This document shows positions 15,098 to 20,000 of a DNA stretch of 20,000 nucleotides, piece by piece. The DNA comes from an uncultured virus (IMG/VR IMGVR_UViG_3300032233_002459) (Duplodnaviria > Heunggongvirae > Uroviricota > Caudoviricetes). The translations under genes and the position numbers were made by a program. Location of the stretch: IMG/VR virus record IMGVR_UViG_3300032233_002459; one strand, given 5' to 3'. Position 1 is the first letter of the stretch. Each line of letters begins with the position of its first letter. The notes beneath the pieces are model-generated. The model ran no database searches. It saw nothing but the letters and a program-made list of their open reading frames with translations, and was not told the DNA's origin.

Positions 15098-16432
15098 TTA
15101 AATTAAAGATACTAATATCTTAAATTCATCAATATTACCAATAAATCCAGCACCAGCACCAATATTATCTCCTTCGCCAATATTAAGTTGTGAACATTGG
15201 AAAGCATAAGAACTAGTACCGCTGGCCACTTCAACATCATTAGCAAAAATCTTCATAGTAGTGCCACTTCTGGTAATAACAACGCGCGTCCATGTATTGA
15301 TAGGAGCAACGCCATTGGAAGACCCAGCAATGTTTGAGGTTCCTATTCTACCAATATTTAAACTTCCAGAACCTAATTGTCCCCAAGTTAAAAATAACCC
15401 ATTTGTTGTTAAGGAGGTGGCGAATGGGAAACCAAATGTAGCAGAAGGAACCTCTGTTGGATAAATCCACAAATCTATTGTAAAATCTCCAGTAAGATCT
15501 ATATCAGAAGTATCTGTTGTGTAGAGATATCCATTTTGATCAACGGATAAAGATCCAGCACCAACTTGTTTATTTGTAGTATCTAGCGTAGCGGTTGGAC
15601 TAATACTAATAATTCTTTCAGTATCTATAGAATCAACGAACGGAGAAGAGTTCATATTCAAGTACATATTATAAGAAACAAGTACTGGAGTAACACTATC
15701 ACTAGAACCACTATATGGTCCTACATCAATATTATTTTGTGCAGCAACTCTAAAGATATAGGAAGTATCATTAACTAATCCAGTAACTGATACTGATGTA
15801 GACACACCAATACCATCGTTGAAAGTGCTCCATGTAGTTCCGCTATTTGCACTATACTGAATAATATAGTCTATGATAGCATCGCCACCATCTGATGGTT
15901 CGCTCCAAGATAGATTAACAAGACTATCTCCACCTGTGCCAGTCACTCCGCTGGGTGCTGAAGGTGCTATAGCTGGTAGGTTGGAGTATATTATACTGTC
16001 CCATCTATTTGAGATACTATCATAAATACTATCTATAAATGTTGTCGTATGATTTGCGTTATCTATTACTCCACTATTAATAATACGAAAATTACTATGC
16101 AGAGTTAAAACTTGTCCATTTGTTCTTTTTACTCTCCATAAACTTCTTTGACCATCAGATGAATTAGATGGAGCAGCTAGTGTTGCATCATCTGATAAAT
16201 TAATATTAAATACATTATATAAACTAACATCGGTACTAATTGTTCCACTAGCAGAATTAATATTTTGTATATTAGGCGTTATAGTATCCTGAGCAATTAT
16301 TGACGACAATACCGATAATGATACTTTACTTGTAACAGCAGATCCACTTGGATCGTCCATCATTAGAAAAAGATCATCACTACTTAATATGCCGCTACCG
16401 TCAGGAAGTTCATTAATCCTAATAATACCCAT
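15098..16432 (-). CDS. Virion protein with fibronectin type III and LamG/ConA-like domains
   Basis: FN3: APSAP.GVTG..GD..V.LSW.EP..GG..I.DY.IQYS...VTGL..DTSY.FRVAA.N. LamG-like: GDFTIDLWIYP...WTRVVITRSG...IFAN...FIGNIDEFKI. AGGAG Shine-Dalgarno. Confidence 0.85.
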   Translation of the reverse strand: MGIIRINELPDGSGILSSDDLFLMMDDPSGSAVTSKVSLSVLSSIIAQDTITPNIQNINSASGTISTDVSLYNVFNINLSDDATLAAPSNSSDGQRSLWRVKRTNGQVLTLHSNFRIINSGVIDNANHTTTFIDSIYDSISNRWDSIIYSNLPAIAPSAPSGVTGTGGDSLVNLSWSEPSDGGDAIIDYIIQYSANSGTTWSTFNDGIGVSTSVSVTGLVNDTSYIFRVAAQNNIDVGPYSGSSDSVTPVLVSYNMYLNMNSSPFVDSIDTERIISISPTATLDTTNKQVGAGSLSVDQNGYLYTTDTSDIDLTGDFTIDLWIYPTEVPSATFGFPFATSLTTNGLFLTWGQLGSGSLNIGRIGTSNIAGSSNGVAPINTWTRVVITRSGTTMKIFANDVEVASGTSSYAFQCSQLNIGEGDNIGAGAGFIGNIDEFKILVSLI

Positions 16433-16464
16433 ATATTTCTCCTGTAATTTTATTTATAATATTT

Positions 16465-16477
16465 TATATATACACCA
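16465..16477 (-). promoter_or_regulatory. TGGTGTA motif copy (TGGTGTATATATA)
   Basis: Intergenic; begins 45 nt before ATG 16432. Confidence 0.6.
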
Positions 16478-16485
16478 TACTAGTA

Positions 16486-16785
16486 TCACTGTTCGACCCA
16501 CTGATAAGTACTAGGATCTAAAGTAGCTTGTTCATTGGGTTGAGGAGCAATAAAAGCGTCTAAATTTTCATCATAATAATAACCAATACCAGCATAATTA
16601 CCCCTATAAGGAGTTCCACCAGTTTTGTGTTGATTAGCGTAAGTATTATAGCTGGTTCTTTTACAAACTTGTCCTCTAAAATCACCATAATATTTTTCCC
16701 AATCAATATCAAGTTCGCCCTCATCTCTACCAACAATAACTTCGGTTACAATATTATTTTCATCTAAAAATGCATAATGTGCCAT
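16486..16785 (-). CDS. Small protein associated with Gly-rich tail proteins (putative fibre assembly protein)
   Basis: MAHYAFLDENNIVTEVIVG...RTSYNT...RGNYAGIGYYYD..LDAFIAPQP...W, a pattern I recognise from genes following Gly-rich tail genes in aquatic phages. The function is inferred. Confidence 0.72.
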   Translation of the reverse strand: MAHYAFLDENNIVTEVIVGRDEGELDIDWEKYYGDFRGQVCKRTSYNTYANQHKTGGTPYRGNYAGIGYYYDENLDAFIAPQPNEQATLDPSTYQWVEQ

Positions 16786-16798
16786 AAAATTTTTCCTT

Positions 16799-17701
16799 TC
16801 AATTAAAAGTGACTGTTCCTGTGCCGCCGGTAATAGTTGTTATTCTGTCGGAGCCGGATGTTGTTGTACTACCAACAGTTAGACCTAATGAAGCAGTTAG
16901 TGTGAGAACCGAATTATATCTGATAATTACAATGCCAGAGCCGCCAGAGCCTGCTGTTATAAAACCCGTAGTCCCACCACCACCTCCTCCACCTCCTCCG
17001 GTATTTGCATCACCACTTGTAGCATTAGCGGTAGAACTACCGCCGTTACCACCGCCACCAATAACAGCATCTTTTCCACCAGTTCCTCCAGCATTACCGT
17101 TATTTCCTCCGCCGCCGCCACCGCCAGCATATGTTGTAGATGAGGAAACAGAAACCAAACTGGTTCTTCCGCTACCTCCGTTACCTCCAACCGACGCTGT
17201 GGCCGCACCACCGACAGATCCTGCTCCCCCACCGCCGCCGCCGCGTAAATTGCCATTAGTGGCTCCTCCGACATTCCCTTGCTGGGTAGCAACAATATTT
17301 GTAGCGGAAACCGTAGAAACAATTGCCCCGCCACCAGACCCACCGCGCCAAAAAGCGGCATTACCATCTTGATATCCGCCGCCAACACATATGATATTTT
17401 CAAATCTTGAATTAACACCAATATTTCCATTTGAAGCCCCGCCAGCACCAACGGTAACGCTGTAGGAAGTTCCTAAAGTTATACCAAAAGTTTGATCTAG
17501 CATACCTCCCGCCCCACCACCGCCTCTACCAAGACTAGCAGCACTTCCATTTAAAGGTGCGCCACCTCCCGCCACAACAAGTACTGATACAAAAAACGTA
17601 TCTGTATATAGTTCCCACGCATATCCACTCCATCGGTAAATACGATTATTTTGTTTTGAGAATTCATTAATTGTTGGACTACTTGGAAAACTGAATGGCA
17701 T
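16799..17701 (-). CDS. Glycine-rich tail fibre/adhesin-like protein
   Basis: LVVAGGG...GGGGAGG...VTVGAGG...YAGGGGGG...ANTGGGGGG...GSGIVIIRY glycine-rich domain; N-terminal FPSSP...YRWSGYAW module. Confidence 0.8.
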   Translation of the reverse strand: MPFSFPSSPTINEFSKQNNRIYRWSGYAWELYTDTFFVSVLVVAGGGAPLNGSAASLGRGGGGAGGMLDQTFGITLGTSYSVTVGAGGASNGNIGVNSRFENIICVGGGYQDGNAAFWRGGSGGGAIVSTVSATNIVATQQGNVGGATNGNLRGGGGGGAGSVGGAATASVGGNGGSGRTSLVSVSSSTTYAGGGGGGGNNGNAGGTGGKDAVIGGGGNGGSSTANATSGDANTGGGGGGGGGTTGFITAGSGGSGIVIIRYNSVLTLTASLGLTVGSTTTSGSDRITTITGGTGTVTFN

Positions 17702-17712
17702 AAATAAAATCC

Positions 17713-18597
17713 TTAACTAAATGAAACTGTTCCGGTTCCAGAGGTAATAGTTACAATGGTTTCGCTTCCCACAGAAGTACTGTTTGAAGTTAACCCTGCG
17801 GACAGACTGATTCGATAAGCGGAACTGAACCTCAATATGATGACGCCGCTACCGCCCGGTTGACCGGCTGGCGCACCTGTAGCAGAGCCTCCAATTCCGC
17901 CACCACCACCGCCGGTGTTTGGGCTTCCGGCAGCAACGCCGGTTGCCGCTGTCGTTGTCGCGCTTGTGCCGCCGCGACCACCACCGCCACTACCGCCAGC
18001 ACCAAAGACGCCGCCGCTGCCTGCTGCCACGTTTGTTCCACCACCGCCGCCACCCGCGTAGGTGACCGATGAACCAGTGATGGTGTTTTCAATTCCGTTG
18101 CCTCCCGCGCCTCCAGTACTTGCGGCTCCAACGCTGCCCGCCGCCGCAGCACCGCCACCTCCACCGCCGCCAGTTGCGTTTCCGTTGCCACCAGCGTTGC
18201 CCTGACCGGTCACGATAACAGCACCGCCAGTAGTCGCTGCTGTTCCACCTCCACCGCTGCCGCCACGACCATTAACGGTATTTGCTACTATTCCACCTCC
18301 ACCACCAACAGCGGCGATTGGCCCAAAACGAGTGGCTGTTGCAATCACGCTACTGGCCGCGCCCCCTGCGCCGATATCGGCAGTGAATGATGTGTTTATT
18401 GGCAGGATCAGATTTGCTGAAACGTACCCGCCCGCGCCGCCGCCACCCCCCGAGGAGTTAAATACGTTACTTCCGCCGCCACCGCCGCCAACCACCAGAG
18501 CCGTAACAGGCACTGTGGTAGCCGCCGACGATGGACTACTCGCGTAGGGCATCGCGCTGGTGATTAGCGAACCGAAGCCGTAGATACCGTTATTCAT
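17713..18597 (-). CDS. Glycine-rich tail fibre/adhesin-like protein (high-GC)
   Basis: LVVGGGGGG...GGGGAGG...IGAGG...TYAGGGGGG...NTGGGGGG...GGSGVIILRF; paralogous to the downstream gene; TAATG coupling with the upstream gene. Confidence 0.8.
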   Translation of the reverse strand: MNNGIYGFGSLITSAMPYASSPSSAATTVPVTALVVGGGGGGSNVFNSSGGGGGAGGYVSANLILPINTSFTADIGAGGAASSVIATATRFGPIAAVGGGGGIVANTVNGRGGSGGGGTAATTGGAVIVTGQGNAGGNGNATGGGGGGGAAAAGSVGAASTGGAGGNGIENTITGSSVTYAGGGGGGTNVAAGSGGVFGAGGSGGGGRGGTSATTTAATGVAAGSPNTGGGGGGIGGSATGAPAGQPGGSGVIILRFSSAYRISLSAGLTSNSTSVGSETIVTITSGTGTVSFS

Positions 18598-18980
18598 TAT
18601 AAATCTGCCCCTAATGCTGTAACGTGAGTTGTTTGACTAACACTTGTAGTAACTCTAACACTCCATGAAGCGGATGGTAGAATCAAATTGGTATATGTTG
18701 TGCTGACTCTAGTTTGCTGAACAGTGGATGATCCTGTTGCTGCGGCTATAGTAACTTCATCAAATAACCAGTATGTACTACCGTCATGTAAAAATATTCG
18801 TACAATAGCAGCAGCACTGGTAGCTGCATTTTTTACAACAATTTCTGCTATTCTTGTGCCTGTAGAAGCACCAGTAATAACTGTTCCAAAATTGGTTGGA
18901 GATGTATAAGATGCTTCTGCTGTTGCTATACTAACATTACCTATTCTTGGTGTTGCTGCGAAACTTGGACTAACGGCCAT
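18597..18980 (-). CDS. Small beta-rich virion protein (putative fibre adaptor)
   Basis: 127 aa, Thr/Ser/Ala-rich, ends in GADL; GGAG Shine-Dalgarno; lies between the fibre and Gly-rich genes. Confidence 0.68.
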   Translation of the reverse strand: MAVSPSFAATPRIGNVSIATAEASYTSPTNFGTVITGASTGTRIAEIVVKNAATSAAAIVRIFLHDGSTYWLFDEVTIAAATGSSTVQQTRVSTTYTNLILPSASWSVRVTTSVSQTTHVTALGADL

Positions 18981-18992
18981 AATATTCTCCCT

Positions 18993-20000
18993 TTATCTAA
19001 AGTTGCTCCATAAATATAAATTGATTGATGCTTGTGCGTTAACAAATCCCGTCATGGGTGGTCCCATTTCCACATATAATGAACCTGTCCATTGATATAG
19101 TCGGCTACTATCAGTTGCTAAATAATATGATGAAGTTGAGCCAGTAGCTGGAAAACTAGCTGTTGTAGCATAACTTAATATAGTAGTACTATTAACTGTA
19201 TAATTACCAGAACTAGAACTAACACTAATTCCAGAACCAGCAGAGATATTAGTTACCGGTAATAGTCCACTAACACTACTATTAAAATCACTAATATTTG
19301 AAGCTGTATGAGAATGACCACTAACACTAACATCAATATTATTAAGGGTTAAACTAGTAGTAAAATTACCACTAGGAGCAGTCAACAACGATCCATCAAA
19401 AGTTAAATTACTTTCAGCATTAATTCCTGTTGATGTTCCATCAGATGTTAATATTCTATTATCAGCATAATTAGTTATGCTAACTCCACCACCACCCGTT
19501 CCACTACTACTAATAGTTAAAGTATTAGCACTATCATTATAATCAAGAGTTATTCCACTACCAGCAATCAGAAACCCAGAAGCCCCAACAACATCTTGAA
19601 CAGATTCAGTAAAATCGGTTATATTAGAACTAGTGTGGGCATGACCACTAATACTAACTCCAGTTCCATTGACAAACGGAAGGTCACTAAAAGTTTTAAC
19701 TCCACTAATAGTCTGATTACCACTTGTATAAACAATATTGTCTGGAAATAATGCTAGTGATCCATCACCCTTTAGGTATTGAGAAGAGGTTCCCCCTTGA
19801 GTAATGAACTTATCTGCATTAATATATTGAAAATAATCGATAGAATTAGTAGATCCACCAGTTGCAGACAACGCTACTAGTGTTGAATTTGTTTTATCAT
19901 ATACGCAATTTAATATTGAATAAAATCCACTTAGTACAACTGGGGCGACATTACTTAATGCCGAAGTTAGCATTTGACAGTTGGCTAAAGTAATGATACT
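18993..20000 (-). CDS. Tail fibre protein, C-terminal part; starts beyond the right edge
   Basis: The frame stays open from 20000 (SIITLANCQ) into the track's ATG 19973. Fibre-type motifs: GGTSSQYLKGDGS, GNQTISGVKTF, two GHxHT..NI.DF repeats, AGSGI, FPATG...RLYQWTG. Confidence 0.82.
   Translation of the reverse strand, partial: SIITLANCQMLTSALSNVAPVVLSGFYSILNCVYDKTNSTLVALSATGGSTNSIDYFQYINADKFITQGGTSSQYLKGDGSLALFPDNIVYTSGNQTISGVKTFSDLPFVNGTGVSISGHAHTSSNITDFTESVQDVVGASGFLIAGSGITLDYNDSANTLTISSSGTGGGGVSITNYADNRILTSDGTSTGINAESNLTFDGSLLTAPSGNFTTSLTLNNIDVSVSGHSHTASNISDFNSSVSGLLPVTNISAGSGISVSSSSGNYTVNSTTILSYATTASFPATGSTSSYYLATDSSRLYQWTGSLYVEMGPPMTGFVNAQASINLYLWSNFR
19266..19658 (-). repeat. Two imperfect 66-nt intragenic repeats (19593-19658 and 19266-19331)
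   Basis: VSISGHAHTSSNITDFTESVQD versus VSVSGHSHTASNISDFNSSVSG; the DNA starts GTTAGTATTAGTGGTCAT versus GTTAGTGTTAGTGGTCAT. Confidence 0.8.

Noticed and set aside
7524..16477. TGGTGTA copies as CRISPR or mini-array repeats
   Set aside because: Too short, kilobases apart and without regular spacers.
16477..16486. 10-bp palindrome ATACTAGTAT next to a motif copy
   Set aside because: Single AT-rich occurrence not seen at the other copies; no terminator-like stem and U-tract.
16900..18500. CCG/CCA/CCT triplet runs resembling tandem repeats, or a DGR template/variable repeat pair
   Set aside because: They encode polyglycine. The paralogs differ at all base types rather than only at adenines, and no reverse transcriptase is in the window.
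16809..18547. Pro-rich plus-strand ORFs (16809..17372, 17860..18072, 18332..18547) and alternate-frame minus ORFs (16957..17451, 17832..18191)
   Set aside because: Shadows of GGN codon runs in stop-poor GC-rich sequence; they lie wholly inside the Gly-rich genes.
753..18909. Other short plus-strand ORFs (e.g. 753..989, 4796..5038, 8368..8832, 12875..13162, 18724..18909)
   Set aside because: Antisense to well-supported minus-strand genes, with no recognisable motifs.
1..20000. Stop-codon reassignment
   Set aside because: Genes are full length and densely packed under the standard code; TAA, TAG and TGA all end genes at expected positions.

Overview
This is an AT-rich segment of a large tailed dsDNA phage genome, with every credible gene on the minus strand. 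In transcription order (right to left) it holds five blocks. (1) A tail fibre/adhesin region (15.1-20 kb): an HxH-repeat fibre, an adaptor, two paralogous glycine-rich proteins, a small companion protein and an FN3+LamG protein. (2) A membrane-protein cluster built around a papain-like cysteine peptidase (11.1-15.1 kb), a candidate lysis cassette with no recognisable muramidase or amidase. (3) Nucleotide metabolism: dCMP deaminase, class I RNR beta and alpha with class Id (NrdAi/NrdBi) signatures, a MazG/DR2231-like pyrophosphatase and PhoH. (4) An HNH nuclease, an FmdB-type zinc ribbon flanked by two paralogous unknown genes, and an HTH protein. (5) Recombination/replication: RecA-like recombinase, Vsr/DUF559-like nuclease, DnaB helicase and the start of a DnaG primase that the ORF track missed. 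The main observations are the candidate protease-based lysis module, the class Id-like RNR, a recurring intergenic TGGTGTA+AT-rich motif (candidate phage promoter), a sigma70-type promoter placed to give a leaderless mRNA, and a glycine-rich gene with foreign high-GC codon usage. All calls come from reading motifs by eye; no searches were run.
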